NCBI GenBank assembly: GCA_965206595.1
Contig: OZ242214.1
Span: forward strand, 2,816,001-2,880,000
Origin: Candidatus Latescibacterota bacterium
Lineage (GTDB): Bacteria > Latescibacterota > UBA2968 > UBA8231
Direction: 5' to 3'
Length of the DNA stretch: 64,000 nucleotides
Shown here: piece after piece, positions 28,007-38,176 of the stretch
How positions within the stretch are numbered: the stretch's first letter is position 1
Layout: each line of letters opens with the position of its first letter
Position numbers and translations under genes: made by a program
The notes under the pieces: generated by a model
What the model was told of the DNA's origin: nothing
Databases searched by the model: none
What the model saw: only the letters and a program-made list of their open reading frames with translations

Positions 28007-29359
28007 TCAGCCCGCGGCGACGAAGTCCCGGCCGACGGCGTCGCGGAGCGCCCCGGGGACCATCACCGAACCGTCGGCCTGCTGGTAGTTCTCGACGATG
28101 GAAATCAGCATCCGCCCCATGGCGCAGCCGGTGTCGTTGACGGTGTGGCAGAACCTCGGCCCGCCCTGTTTGCCCTTGTAGCGGATGTTGAGGCGGCGGG
28201 CCTGGTAGTCGGTGGTGTTGGTGTCGGTCATGACCTCCATGAACTCGCCGCTGCCCGGCAGCCAGACCTCGAAGTCGCGCTGCCGGTGGCTGGCGAGGTA
28301 GCCGGCGTCGCCGCCGCACTTGTCGACCGAGCGGTAGGGCAGCTCGAGGGTCTGCAGCAGCCACTCGTTGATCTCGCCGAACTCCTCGTACAGCTGCTGC
28401 GACTGGTCCGCGGCGCAGACCGAGTTCATCTCGATCTTGTCGAACTGGTGCACCCGCTTTATTCCCTTGACGTCCCTGCCCCAGGAGCCGGCCTCGGAGC
28501 GGAAGCAGGTGGTGGAGGCGAACACCCGGACCGGCAGCTCCTCCTCGGTCAGGGTGCGGTCCATGAAGTAGCTGAAGTTGGCCGGCTCGGAGGAGCCGAC
28601 GAGGAACAGCTCGGTTCCCTCCTCGACGTTGTCGGTCCGGATGGCGTACACCTGGTCGCGCCCCTCGGGAAAGTGGGAGGTCCCGTAGAGGGAGCGCTCG
28701 CGCACCAGCAGCGGCGGCACCATCATCTCGTAGCCCCGGCGCAGCAGCTCTCCGGACAGCAGCTGCTGCAGGCCGAGCTGCATCCGGGCCGCGGGCCCGC
28801 GGATGTAGGCGAAGCGGGAGCCGGAGACCTCGCCGGCCTGGGCGGTCTCCATGCCGAATGCGGGGCCGAGGTCGGCGTGCTGCCGCGGCGCGAACTCGCC
28901 GCTTGCGTGCAGCGGCATCGCCGGCATGGAGGCGGCGCTGTGGCCGCCGTTTCCCAGTTCCTCGCGGGGGCGGTACCCGGCCCCCGGGATCCACACCTTC
29001 TCCTCGGGGTTGTCGGACTCGTCGTCGCCGTCCGGCATGTCGGGGTGGGGCCAGTTGGGGAACCAGTCGAGGATCCGCTGCCACTCGCCGCTGACCTCGC
29101 CGAGCTCGGCTTCGAGCCGGCGCCCCTTCTCGCGCAGCTCCTGCCCCCTGCTGCGGGCGGCCTCGGGGTCGGTCCTGCCGAGCCGGGCGAGCTGCTTCTT
29201 CTCGCCGTTGACCTCGTCGATCTCCGCCTGCAGCCGGCGGCGTTTCTTGTCGAGGGCGAGCCAGCGGTCGATGTCCGCCCTAGCCGGGTCGACGCGGCGC
29301 CGGCGGATCGCCCGGCGCAGGGAATCGGGGTCGTTGCGTATGGTCCGTACGTCGATCAT
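28007..29359 (-). CDS. serS: Serine--tRNA ligase (divergent)
   Basis: N-terminal coiled coil; CFRSEAGSWGRDVKGIKRVHQFDKIE motif 2; TDYQARRLNIRY; ENYQQADGSV. Confidence 0.88.
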   Translation of the reverse strand: MIDVRTIRNDPDSLRRAIRRRRVDPARADIDRWLALDKKRRRLQAEIDEVNGEKKQLARLGRTDPEAARSRGQELREKGRRLEAELGEVSGEWQRILDWFPNWPHPDMPDGDDESDNPEEKVWIPGAGYRPREELGNGGHSAASMPAMPLHASGEFAPRQHADLGPAFGMETAQAGEVSGSRFAYIRGPAARMQLGLQQLLSGELLRRGYEMMVPPLLVRERSLYGTSHFPEGRDQVYAIRTDNVEEGTELFLVGSSEPANFSYFMDRTLTEEELPVRVFASTTCFRSEAGSWGRDVKGIKRVHQFDKIEMNSVCAADQSQQLYEEFGEINEWLLQTLELPYRSVDKCGGDAGYLASHRQRDFEVWLPGSGEFMEVMTDTNTTDYQARRLNIRYKGKQGGPRFCHTVNDTGCAMGRMLISIVENYQQADGSVMVPGALRDAVGRDFVAAG

Positions 29360-29503
29360 CGGATTTTCATTTCGGGTCGCGTGCTGCCGAACGAGTCCCG
29401 GCCCTGCCCGTGGAAAGGGGGCCGGAACGGCCATCAGACAAAATAGGAAGGAACACAAACACTACCCACCGGCGACAGGCTCCGGCGCCGTTGCAGCTCG
29501 ATG

Positions 29504-32164
29504 TCAATAGGCGACGTGGGCGAGGCGATGGATCGAGGTGTTCCTCCCGGATTTCGAATCGACGTCGACGTCGAGGCGCAGCAGGTAGATACCCGGAGGC
29601 ACGGTCGCACCGGCGCGGTCGGCGCCGGTCCAGGTCAGGGTATGGCGGCCCGTCTCGAGCGCGGCATCTCCCACCCGGTGTACCAGCCGGCCGCCCAGGT
29701 CGTAGATCTCCATCCCGACCGGCACCGGGGAGCCCACCCGCATCAGGGAAAAGGCGATCGACAGCTCGTCGTTGACGCCGTCGCCGTTGGGGGTGAAACC
29801 GGCATCGGCCTCGATATCCTCCAGCACATTCCCCGGCTGCAACGCCAGGACGACCGTGGTTTCGCTGTCCGCAACCCCGTTGGCGTCGCCGTCATCCACC
29901 CTCTGCCACGAATTTTCGTACGCCGAATGCCCCATCGACCCGGTGAAGAAGGTGTTGTACCCGAACAGGGTCGTCTCGTACTCCAGCTCCACCAGCACCG
30001 GGCCGTCCGTCGTCCTGACCGGAGCCGGCAGGCGCACCCAGAGCGAGTCGGATTCCCTCACCACCGCGAACCCTTCGCTCGCCCCCGTATAGGTCGCTGC
30101 CGGCTGTCCCGCCGCGCTTACGTTCACCTGCTTCAGCTCCATCTCTACGCCCTCGGGCGCCTCGATCAGGATCTCGTCGAACCCCCGGCTGTCCGCCTCG
30201 AAGGTGGAACGAACGAAATAGGAGAAGGCCTGCCTCGCCCCGATCCGCTCCAGGCGGGAGGGCAGTACCTCGCCCACGATCCTGCGCGCCACCGGGGTCA
30301 CGAAATTCAGCGCCACGGAGCGCAGGGTGGCTGCTTTCAGGGGATCTTCCGTCAACAACGTCGCTCTGACCGCCGCGAACTTCCGCGGACTGGGGGAGGT
30401 GATCCTTTCGCCTGATCGGAGATAGGGCTGACTCCAGCCGCTCCAGTCGCTGCCCGGGATCGTTTCGGCAACGACCGGGCCCACGGAATTCTCCCCGAAG
30501 AACTTTTTGTCCGACGCGTGCGCCTCCGCGGCCTCTTCCTCGGTGCCGGGGTACTCCTCTCCGTTCTTTTTGAAATAGTGGGTGACGGACTCGACCGTAT
30601 CGCCGGTTCGCGTCTGCAGGACCAGGTCCGTCCCCGGCGGCAGGTCGGCGTCCCACTCGATCGAAGCGAGGTTCCGGGGAGTGCGTCCCAGCTCGATGAA
30701 CGGAGAGTCGCCTCCGAACACCGACGAGACCCGGGTCTCGGGCATGTACCCCTCTCCGAAGAACTGGATCTCGGACAGGGCGAAGGTGTCGGCAGCCCGC
30801 ACTTCCTCGACGTTCGGGAACATCCTGTAGGTGAAGGCGAAGTACCTGGCCCTGATCAGGGGGAACCTGAAATTGTTGTAGATCTGCTGGTGCCTGGTGG
30901 AACTGGAGCTCGCGCTGCTGGCGGCGGCGTTCCTGAACGTTCCCACCGTGGTCCAGGCCAGGCTGCCGCCGGCATGAGTGGAGCCGTCCGACAGTTGTAT
31001 CCGGTATTGGGGAAACGGTTTGGTCAACGCCCTCGCGGCTATCTGCAGCACCCTGATGTTGTCCAGGAAGAAAGCGCCCCCGAGATCGATGATCAGCGAC
31101 CGCTCCGAATCGGCCGGTTCGGACGGCAACAGCCTTTCTGCATTGTAGCCCCCCCGGGCGGGCCAGTAGAGCACCTGGCCGAAGAAGTCGCCATCCACCA
31201 GGGTCCCTTCGGCGCCGTTGTTCTCGACGCTCGTAACGGACCCGCCGCGCTCCAACACTCCGGTCCCGATGTTGTCGCCGACGGTCCAGACCTCGACCTC
31301 GGCCAGCCTGGGAAGCTCGCGGCGGTAGTAGACCACCGAACCCTGGGCGCCGGTGCCCTCGAGAGCGTCCCAGTGCTCCCTGGCGAGCAACAACCGCTCC
31401 CTGCCCGACGGGTCGCGCCGGTAATATTCCACGGTTCCCCTGCGTTCGGCAGGGAGGCGCTCGTATTCGGCCCGGGAAACCTTCCTCGCCCGGCCGTAGT
31501 CGCTGTCGGTGGCCGCCACTCCGACGTAGCGGATCACGTCGCCGGTGAAGCCGCCGGTGGCATCCGGCCACTTGGTCGGCAGCTGCCGGGTGAGATCGAT
31601 CTCGAAGACGCGCTCCCGCTTTACCGGCCTGTTCGTCGTGAAGCGGGTCCTGTACAACATCGGGCCGATGTTCACCTCTCCCTGCGAGGTGGTCACCTTG
31701 AACTGCAGGAAGGGATCTCCCAGGTCCTCCTCGACGAACACCAGCACGATCCGGGTGGCCGAAACGGTGCGCCCGAGATCGATCTGTACCCACCAGTCCT
31801 CCAGCGGGGCGGAGGTGTCCGGTTCCCAGTAGGTGTCGGGGCTGCCGTCCGTCAGCGCTGCGGCACCGGCGTCGTTGGAGCCGGCCGCCCTGATCCCGCC
31901 CCCGAAGCGTGCGGCGTTGCGGACGGCGTTGACGCCGGGGACCACCACTTCGCCGCGGCCGGTCTGCAGGCGCGTGCTTTTGCGGATGAAGACCGGTCTC
32001 ACCCTGTCGTCGGTTATACGGACCGTGTTGGCAGCGGACTGCCAGTGCTCCCAGTGCTCTTTCGAGTCGACGATGACTCTTCCGGGCTGGAGGGTATATC
32101 CTTCCTGCCCCCGGGAGGCGTTCGACAGGGCCAGGGCGCACAGGAGCCAGGCGACGGTTTTCAC
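29504..32164 (-). CDS. Secreted protein with discoidin-like domains and C-terminal FlgD-Ig domain
   Basis: GTG start, signal peptide; DGSPDTYW...WVQIDLGR; FTPNGDGVND; WTGADRAGATVPPGIY. Confidence 0.75.
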   Translation of the reverse strand: MKTVAWLLCALALSNASRGQEGYTLQPGRVIVDSKEHWEHWQSAANTVRITDDRVRPVFIRKSTRLQTGRGEVVVPGVNAVRNAARFGGGIRAAGSNDAGAAALTDGSPDTYWEPDTSAPLEDWWVQIDLGRTVSATRIVLVFVEEDLGDPFLQFKVTTSQGEVNIGPMLYRTRFTTNRPVKRERVFEIDLTRQLPTKWPDATGGFTGDVIRYVGVAATDSDYGRARKVSRAEYERLPAERRGTVEYYRRDPSGRERLLLAREHWDALEGTGAQGSVVYYRRELPRLAEVEVWTVGDNIGTGVLERGGSVTSVENNGAEGTLVDGDFFGQVLYWPARGGYNAERLLPSEPADSERSLIIDLGGAFFLDNIRVLQIAARALTKPFPQYRIQLSDGSTHAGGSLAWTTVGTFRNAAASSASSSSTRHQQIYNNFRFPLIRARYFAFTYRMFPNVEEVRAADTFALSEIQFFGEGYMPETRVSSVFGGDSPFIELGRTPRNLASIEWDADLPPGTDLVLQTRTGDTVESVTHYFKKNGEEYPGTEEEAAEAHASDKKFFGENSVGPVVAETIPGSDWSGWSQPYLRSGERITSPSPRKFAAVRATLLTEDPLKAATLRSVALNFVTPVARRIVGEVLPSRLERIGARQAFSYFVRSTFEADSRGFDEILIEAPEGVEMELKQVNVSAAGQPAATYTGASEGFAVVRESDSLWVRLPAPVRTTDGPVLVELEYETTLFGYNTFFTGSMGHSAYENSWQRVDDGDANGVADSETTVVLALQPGNVLEDIEADAGFTPNGDGVNDELSIAFSLMRVGSPVPVGMEIYDLGGRLVHRVGDAALETGRHTLTWTGADRAGATVPPGIYLLRLDVDVDSKSGRNTSIHRLAHVAY

Positions 32165-32168
32165 AGGC

Positions 32169-34127
32169 TCAATAGACCACGGAAACGGCGCCGCTGCGGG
32201 TCTCCCGGCGCGACTGCACGTCCGCGGAGATTCGATACAGGTACAAACCCGGCGGCACGAGGAGGCCGGCATCGTCGGTTCCGTCCCATACGTGGGAATA
32301 CTCCCCGAGCGGATCGTCTCCCGCGTACACTCGCCTCACCGGGCGACCCGCCACGTCGAACACCTCGATGGCAACGGGGACGGCCGCGGTTACCCGCAGG
32401 AGCTTGTAGGAAACGCCGACCACGTCGTTGACGCCATCGCCGTTGGGCGTGAACGGGTTCGGCGAAACCCGGGTAAAAGCTACCAGGGACCTGCTCAGGG
32501 CGGTGGTGACGGAGAGGCGGTCGCTCTCGATCTCGTCGGCGGCGTTGCCGGGGACGACCCGCTGCCGCACCTCGTGCGGCCTGGAGGTATCGAACACCCT
32601 GCCCTCGAACAGGGTCCCTACCTCCCTCAGCACCGGGGCGTTGAAGATCACCTCCACCAGGGCGCCGCTGTCCGCCGGCGTCAGTTTGCGCGGGAGCAGC
32701 AGGTCGAACCCCAGGCCGTCTTCGTGCAGCGACCAGCTGAATTCCTCCTGGTTCCTCGTGTCGATGCGCAGGGAATCGACCGAGACGACACCGGAAGGGG
32801 TCGATATCTCCAGCCCGTCGAAGCTGCCGTCGTCTGGGCCGATTCCCGGCCTGATGTAATAGGTGTAATGGGCCGACCTGCCGATCTCGGTGACGATCGG
32901 GAAAATCTCCCCCACGAGCTCGCTCACCGCCGGGGGGGACGACGCCCTGAATTCGATGTAGTCGATCCTGCCGCCGTCTTCAGTGGTGGACGAGAAATCC
33001 GCTCTTATCTGAAAAAACCGCCGCAGACCCGGCGATACGATATCGGCAACTGCGCCTGTGGTCTCGAACGGGTAGGGACTGGACCAGAAGCTCCAGTTCT
33101 CGGTATCGGGAGTAACCCGGTCCTGCTCGTCCGCCGGTTTGAGCACATCGGACAGCCTGCCGTACCGGCGCCTGTACTCCGCAAGGTCCAGGTCGCCGCC
33201 TCCGCGGAGGAACTTGACGCTGTCCTGCAGCTCGGGGCGGGCTTCCCAGAAGAGAACCGGCTGCGGGTCCATCCCCGAACGGGTGTGGATATCGACCCGG
33301 GCCCCGGGATCGCGCCGTCCGGACGAACGGATCTCCCCCCAGCTGGCGATGTCGTCCAGTGCGATGATGTCCGATTCGTACGACGCCCGGCTGACGAACC
33401 CTCCCCCGTAGAGCTCGAAATCGGCGATGCCGATCTCCTTGGGAGTCTGGCGCAGGACCCGCAGCTGGACCGCTTCCGTCGATACCGGCGAGTCGAGAAC
33501 CACGCGAATCTCGGGTTGGGTGTTCTCCTTCACCTCGGCTATCGCCGGGAAATCCGGGACCCAGTTGCCGGCGTGGAACCCCCTGTCGCTGACCCCTATC
33601 TGAATCCACTCGAGGAAATGCTCGGGGAATTCCGGCGAAGGCCGGAGCCTCACCTCCCTGACGAGGAAGCGGCCGCCCAGATCGAAGGTCACCTGCTCGG
33701 TGTTGCGAACCTCGTTGCTGAACCCGGTCGCCACGTTGAAACTCTCGGGAGCGATGGCAGGCCAGGTGTGGGCGGTGGCCGGATCCTGGTCGACAAGGAC
33801 CTGGCCGAGCAGCCTGTCTACGTTCGCGAAGTTCTTCACCCCCACCCATCCGTCCCTGGTCAACAGGGTCGCGGCGATGTCCTCGTCTTCATCGAAGTAG
33901 TTCGGTTGCAGCGAACCCGCCTTCAGCGAATCGGGTTCGAGTGCCTCCTGAAGCTGCGAGGCCGACCAGGGTATCTCCTCGAAATCGATACCGATGCCTT
34001 CGAGGCTGTCCTTCTCAGCCTCGGAAAACGGGGATCCGATGCGGTAGACGACCACTCCCGGGGCGCTGCTCGGATGGAAAGCGAGGACCGTTGCGAGGAA
34101 GAGCAGGATGTGTGTCCGTCTCGTCAT
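32169..34127 (-). CDS. Secreted protein with C-terminal FlgD-Ig domain
   Basis: Signal peptide; WSFWSSPY; PNPFTPNGDGVND; WDGTDDAGLLVPPGLY; similar in part to the neighbouring gene. Confidence 0.78.
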   Translation of the reverse strand: MTRRTHILLFLATVLAFHPSSAPGVVVYRIGSPFSEAEKDSLEGIGIDFEEIPWSASQLQEALEPDSLKAGSLQPNYFDEDEDIAATLLTRDGWVGVKNFANVDRLLGQVLVDQDPATAHTWPAIAPESFNVATGFSNEVRNTEQVTFDLGGRFLVREVRLRPSPEFPEHFLEWIQIGVSDRGFHAGNWVPDFPAIAEVKENTQPEIRVVLDSPVSTEAVQLRVLRQTPKEIGIADFELYGGGFVSRASYESDIIALDDIASWGEIRSSGRRDPGARVDIHTRSGMDPQPVLFWEARPELQDSVKFLRGGGDLDLAEYRRRYGRLSDVLKPADEQDRVTPDTENWSFWSSPYPFETTGAVADIVSPGLRRFFQIRADFSSTTEDGGRIDYIEFRASSPPAVSELVGEIFPIVTEIGRSAHYTYYIRPGIGPDDGSFDGLEISTPSGVVSVDSLRIDTRNQEEFSWSLHEDGLGFDLLLPRKLTPADSGALVEVIFNAPVLREVGTLFEGRVFDTSRPHEVRQRVVPGNAADEIESDRLSVTTALSRSLVAFTRVSPNPFTPNGDGVNDVVGVSYKLLRVTAAVPVAIEVFDVAGRPVRRVYAGDDPLGEYSHVWDGTDDAGLLVPPGLYLYRISADVQSRRETRSGAVSVVY

Positions 34128-34280
34128 GCGAACCCCCGCGGGAGGCGCTCATGCCCGCCTCCGGGAATCTGTGCCTTTTCAGGTTCCGCGCTGCCCCGGG
34201 GGCGGCCAGGGCCGGCCGCAGCCCAAACCGGCGCCAGCGCGAATCCGGTCTGCCAGTAGCGGTTAACTTAGGGAGTTGCC

Positions 34281-34928
34281 ATGTACGCTGTCATCTTCGA
34301 CGTCGATGGAGTGCTCGTCGACAGCGAGGGGATGAGCTGCGGCGCCTGGCTGCCGGTGTTGCGGCGCCGCGGCATCGCGGTCCGGCTCGCCGACATCGAG
34401 GGTTTCATCGGCCAGAGCGACGGCGCCGTCCTCGATTACTTCCGGGAGCGGCACCCCGAAATCGATCCCGGCGACGGCCTGATCGACGAGAAGGAGCAGG
34501 AGTTCTTCGCCGCAGCCCGCGGCCGCCTGCGGAGCTTTCCCGGACTGAAGCGGGTGCTGCGCCGGCTCGAGGCCGGGGCGGTGCCCATGGCCGTCGCCTC
34601 CTCCGGCCGGCATCGGAAGATCCGCTTCTCCCTGAGGACCGCAGGCCTGGAGGGTTTCTTCGATGTCGTCTGCAGCGCCTCCGACGTCGCCCGCGGCAAG
34701 CCGGCGCCCGACCTGTTCCTGCACGCCGCCGGACTCCTCCGCGCGGAGCCGGGAAATTGCAGCGTCGTGGAGGACTCGGTTCCCGGCATCGCCGCGGCGA
34801 AGGCCGCGGGCATGAAGGCCCTGGGATTCACCTCGTCGCATCCCGCCGCGGTGCTGCTTGACGCCGGGGCGGACGCCGTATTCTCCCACTATGACGAGCT
34901 CCCGGCTCTGCTGCCCGGAGAGAGTTAG
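34281..34928 (+). CDS. HAD-family phosphatase
   Basis: FDVDGVLVDSE, VASSG, GKPAPD, VEDSVPG. Confidence 0.9.
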   Translation: MYAVIFDVDGVLVDSEGMSCGAWLPVLRRRGIAVRLADIEGFIGQSDGAVLDYFRERHPEIDPGDGLIDEKEQEFFAAARGRLRSFPGLKRVLRRLEAGAVPMAVASSGRHRKIRFSLRTAGLEGFFDVVCSASDVARGKPAPDLFLHAAGLLRAEPGNCSVVEDSVPGIAAAKAAGMKALGFTSSHPAAVLLDAGADAVFSHYDELPALLPGES

Positions 34929-34978
34929 TGCCGGCGGTCATCGGCGAACTCTTGGGCTCCGGCCAACCTGCCGGCGCC

Positions 34979-35788
34979 CTAGCGAACCCAGTGGCGGAAC
35001 AGCGGCCTGACCTCCTCGGCCAGCCCCTCGAACACCTCGCGAGGCACCGGGGGAACCAGGTTTTCCTTCAGTCCCCTCTCGTCGGCGAGCCGGCGGCGCT
35101 CGTCGCTTCCCGGCATCAGGCTGTCGAGGTTGAGCCACCAGGGGGCGAAGCGGATCGCCAGCCCGACCCGGGGTTGGTCCGACCCGTTGGGCGCGGCGGC
35201 GTGCCACAGCCGGCTGTCGAGCACGGCCACCGTGCCGGGGTCGCCGGTGAGAGCGGTCTCCCCTTCGAGAACGGACTGCGGATCGACGCCGTTGCCGGCG
35301 CTGGGGTTGTCGGGCTCGCGGTGGCTTCCCGGCGCCACGAGGGTGCCGCCGTTCTCCCTGGTGAACGGGGAGAGCATCCACAGGGTCGTCAGGTGCATGA
35401 CCATGTCCGGGTACGGGGCCTCTATGTGGCCGGCGTTGCGCTGGTTGAAGGGCCAGTCGGCGTGCCAGTCGCCGCGGGCGTTGCCCGGATAGTTGACGAT
35501 CGAGGAGGTGTAGGAGACCCGGTAATGCTCCCCCAGCAGGGCCTGGCAGAGGGCGGCGAGCCGGTCTTCGACGAGGTACGGGGTGAAGGACTGGCAGTAG
35601 CGGATCAGACCGGAGACCGCGCCGATGTTCGCCGGCGCGTCCCTGCGCTCCTGCCGGTGCCTGTCGACGGCGCCCAGGACATCGGCGCGCACCGGGCCGA
35701 CCGCGGCCGCGGGAATCACCCCTTCGAGGAGGCAGAATCCACGCTCTTCCAGCTGTCCCTTGAGGTCGTCAGTGGTTGGGTTCGCCAT
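34979..35788 (-). CDS. PhyH-family Fe(II)/2-OG dioxygenase
   Basis: WHAD, ENGGTLVAPGSH, RLWH, NGSDQPR. Confidence 0.88.
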   Translation of the reverse strand: MANPTTDDLKGQLEERGFCLLEGVIPAAAVGPVRADVLGAVDRHRQERRDAPANIGAVSGLIRYCQSFTPYLVEDRLAALCQALLGEHYRVSYTSSIVNYPGNARGDWHADWPFNQRNAGHIEAPYPDMVMHLTTLWMLSPFTRENGGTLVAPGSHREPDNPSAGNGVDPQSVLEGETALTGDPGTVAVLDSRLWHAAAPNGSDQPRVGLAIRFAPWWLNLDSLMPGSDERRRLADERGLKENLVPPVPREVFEGLAEEVRPLFRHWVR

Positions 35789-35853
35789 GTAATCGCCAGC
35801 CGGAGGCTACGGACTCTGCATCAAGACGAACTCATGCGGTTACCCCAGCCCCG

Positions 35854-37119
35854 TCAAGCCGCCTGCGCCGCCGCCGTCTTCAGCTCCTCGTTGCGGGCGG
35901 GGTGGAAGTAGATCGCGAAGAGCACGGTCCCCGCGATGCTGGCGACCGCGGCAATCGCGAACAGGGTCCCGTACCCGGAAGCGGCGATCACCTGCCCGCC
36001 GAAGCTGCCGGTCAGCATGAAGGAGCACCCCATGGCCATCGAGCTCACCGCCGCCATCCCCTGCCGCCAGCGCGGCGGCACGATCTCCTGCTGGAAGACC
36101 GTCAGGGTCGGCAAGCGGACCGCCGCCAGCGACTGCACCAGCAGGAGGGTGCAGGCCGCGGCAGCCCAGCTCCCCGACAGCATGACCGGGAGCAGGGCGG
36201 CCGCCTGCAGCAGCGAGGTGGCGATAATGGTTGCCCGCTGACCCCGCGAGGCGACGATCAGCGGCGTCGACAGGGCCGCCAGCCCGCTCACCAGCATGGC
36301 GGTGGCGGCGACGGCTCCTATCAGCGCCGTCGGCTCTCCGAGGAAGTCGTCCATGTAGACGTTGAAGAAGGTCTGCTGGGTCGCCATGGAGATGGCGCAG
36401 AGGAAGCCGGCCCCCGCCACCGCGGCCATGGGCCCGCGGGGACGCGGCGACTCCGCATCGGGGCCGCCGCCCGCCAGGCTGCCTGCAGCCGGTCTCGTGG
36501 CGGCGACGGCGAGAACTGCCGGTACGATCATCACCGCGGCGAGGAACAGCGGGTACCGGTACGGGGCCGGGCCGTCGAGGGAGGCCTCCATCAGGGCCGC
36601 GAAGATCCCGGGCAGCACCCCTCCGACGAGGTTGCCTGCGAACCCGGCGATCGGCCACATCGCCGCCTGCACCGCGAACACGTGGATGCGCTCGACCCGC
36701 GTCGTGATCGAGAGCAGGAAGGGACCGGCGTTGACAATGGAGAGAGCGAACCCGAAGGCGCGCGGCAGGCGGGTGACTATCAGCCAGTCGGCCTGCCATG
36801 CGCGCGGCACGAACTCGGCGAAGGGCAGCATGGCGTTGCCGACGGCGACGAGCGCGAGGCCGAGGACGATCATCCGGCGCGCCCCCCAGCGTCTGCCCAT
36901 CGCCCCTGCCGGAATGCAGAACAGGGCGTAGGCGGCCGCGCCGGCGGCGTTGACGAAGCCGACGAACTCGATGTCGTGCCCGAGGCGCAGCAGGTAGATG
37001 TTGAGAAGCAGGCTGTAGATGCCGCTGGAGGAGGCGAATCCCACCAGGGCTCCGCTCAGCAGGTAGAGGCGTACGTCGCGGTTGAAGGAGCGGACGATCT
37101 GAAGGTATTCGTGCAGCAA
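35854..37119 (-). CDS. MFS transporter
   Basis: About 12 hydrophobic segments; GAMGRRWGARR motif-A-like. Confidence 0.85.
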   Translation of the reverse strand: MLHEYLQIVRSFNRDVRLYLLSGALVGFASSSGIYSLLLNIYLLRLGHDIEFVGFVNAAGAAAYALFCIPAGAMGRRWGARRMIVLGLALVAVGNAMLPFAEFVPRAWQADWLIVTRLPRAFGFALSIVNAGPFLLSITTRVERIHVFAVQAAMWPIAGFAGNLVGGVLPGIFAALMEASLDGPAPYRYPLFLAAVMIVPAVLAVAATRPAAGSLAGGGPDAESPRPRGPMAAVAGAGFLCAISMATQQTFFNVYMDDFLGEPTALIGAVAATAMLVSGLAALSTPLIVASRGQRATIIATSLLQAAALLPVMLSGSWAAAACTLLLVQSLAAVRLPTLTVFQQEIVPPRWRQGMAAVSSMAMGCSFMLTGSFGGQVIAASGYGTLFAIAAVASIAGTVLFAIYFHPARNEELKTAAAQAA

Positions 37120-37308
37120 TCAGGGCCCCGACTGAGAAGTGGACTGCCGGCACTCCCCCTTGGCGGCCCGTTGAACAAGTCCACCTGGGCTGCGGCCGGT
37201 TCGCCGGGTGCCGGTGGAAGGGATGGATCTGCGGAATTTCCAGGGGTTGGAGCCGGACACCGGAGCGCGGGCGGGCCGCGCTGTTCGGCCTCGCGGCTGT
37301 CGGCCGCC

Positions 37309-38166
37309 CTATCCCCGGAAGGTGGAGCTCTTCAGGACCGTCTGGGTTTCGTAGATCGAACCGGGCCGCAGGGCGGGGGGAAGGGGCATGCGCCAGGGCA
37401 CCTTTTCCATGCGCGGCTCGACAGTGGGCTCGCCGCGCACGTAGGAGGCGCAGTAGAGATCCCAGTCGAGCTGCTGGCAGAGGGGCCACGCGTCGCCGGC
37501 GCAGTACTGAAGCAGCAGCAGGCGCCGGGGGTTCGCCGAGGAGTTCGGCAGCGAAGCGTGCAAGGTGCGCACGTGGTGGAGGGAGATGCCGCCGGCCTCC
37601 ACCACGAGCAGCTCGGCCTTCGAATCGTCGAAGCCGGCCTCGGTGACGGCGCCGGCGAAGCAGCCGTCCTGGTGGTGGTCCCAGATCTTCCCCTTGTGGG
37701 AGCCGGGGATGGCCATCAGGCAGCCGTTCTGCTCGGTCATTTCGTCGATGGCGACGCCGACGGCGAGCAGGTCGTCGTTGGTGTGCGGGTAGAAGGCCCA
37801 GTCCTGGTGCCAGTGGACGGGGCTGCCGAATTCCGCCGACTTCATGTTGAGCTTGTCGCCGTTGGTGCGCATCGCGTCCCCCCCGATCAGCTGGGCGACG
37901 ATGTCGAGGATGCGGTCGTTGCGCAGTGCCGCGGCGTAGGCCGGATGCGCCTTCACCGGGCTCTTGATGCGGCGCAGCTTGGGGAACTCCGGGGTGTGAT
38001 CCGGCTCCAGGTCGAAGACCCCGTCGTGCTCGCTCAGCTCCCGCGACTTCTCGACGAACTCCTCGGTGACCCGGCGCAGCTCGGCGACTTCGGCCGGGGT
38101 CAGGACTCCGTCAACGCTGCAGTATCCCTTTTCGTGGTACGCTTCGATTTCCTGTCGAGACAGCAT
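37309..38166 (-). CDS. PhyH-family dioxygenase
   Basis: WHQDW, NGCLMAIPGSH, RTLHAS, NSSANPRR. Confidence 0.9.
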   Translation of the reverse strand: MLSRQEIEAYHEKGYCSVDGVLTPAEVAELRRVTEEFVEKSRELSEHDGVFDLEPDHTPEFPKLRRIKSPVKAHPAYAAALRNDRILDIVAQLIGGDAMRTNGDKLNMKSAEFGSPVHWHQDWAFYPHTNDDLLAVGVAIDEMTEQNGCLMAIPGSHKGKIWDHHQDGCFAGAVTEAGFDDSKAELLVVEAGGISLHHVRTLHASLPNSSANPRRLLLLQYCAGDAWPLCQQLDWDLYCASYVRGEPTVEPRMEKVPWRMPLPPALRPGSIYETQTVLKSSTFRG

Positions 38167-38176
38167 CTCTTCTTTC

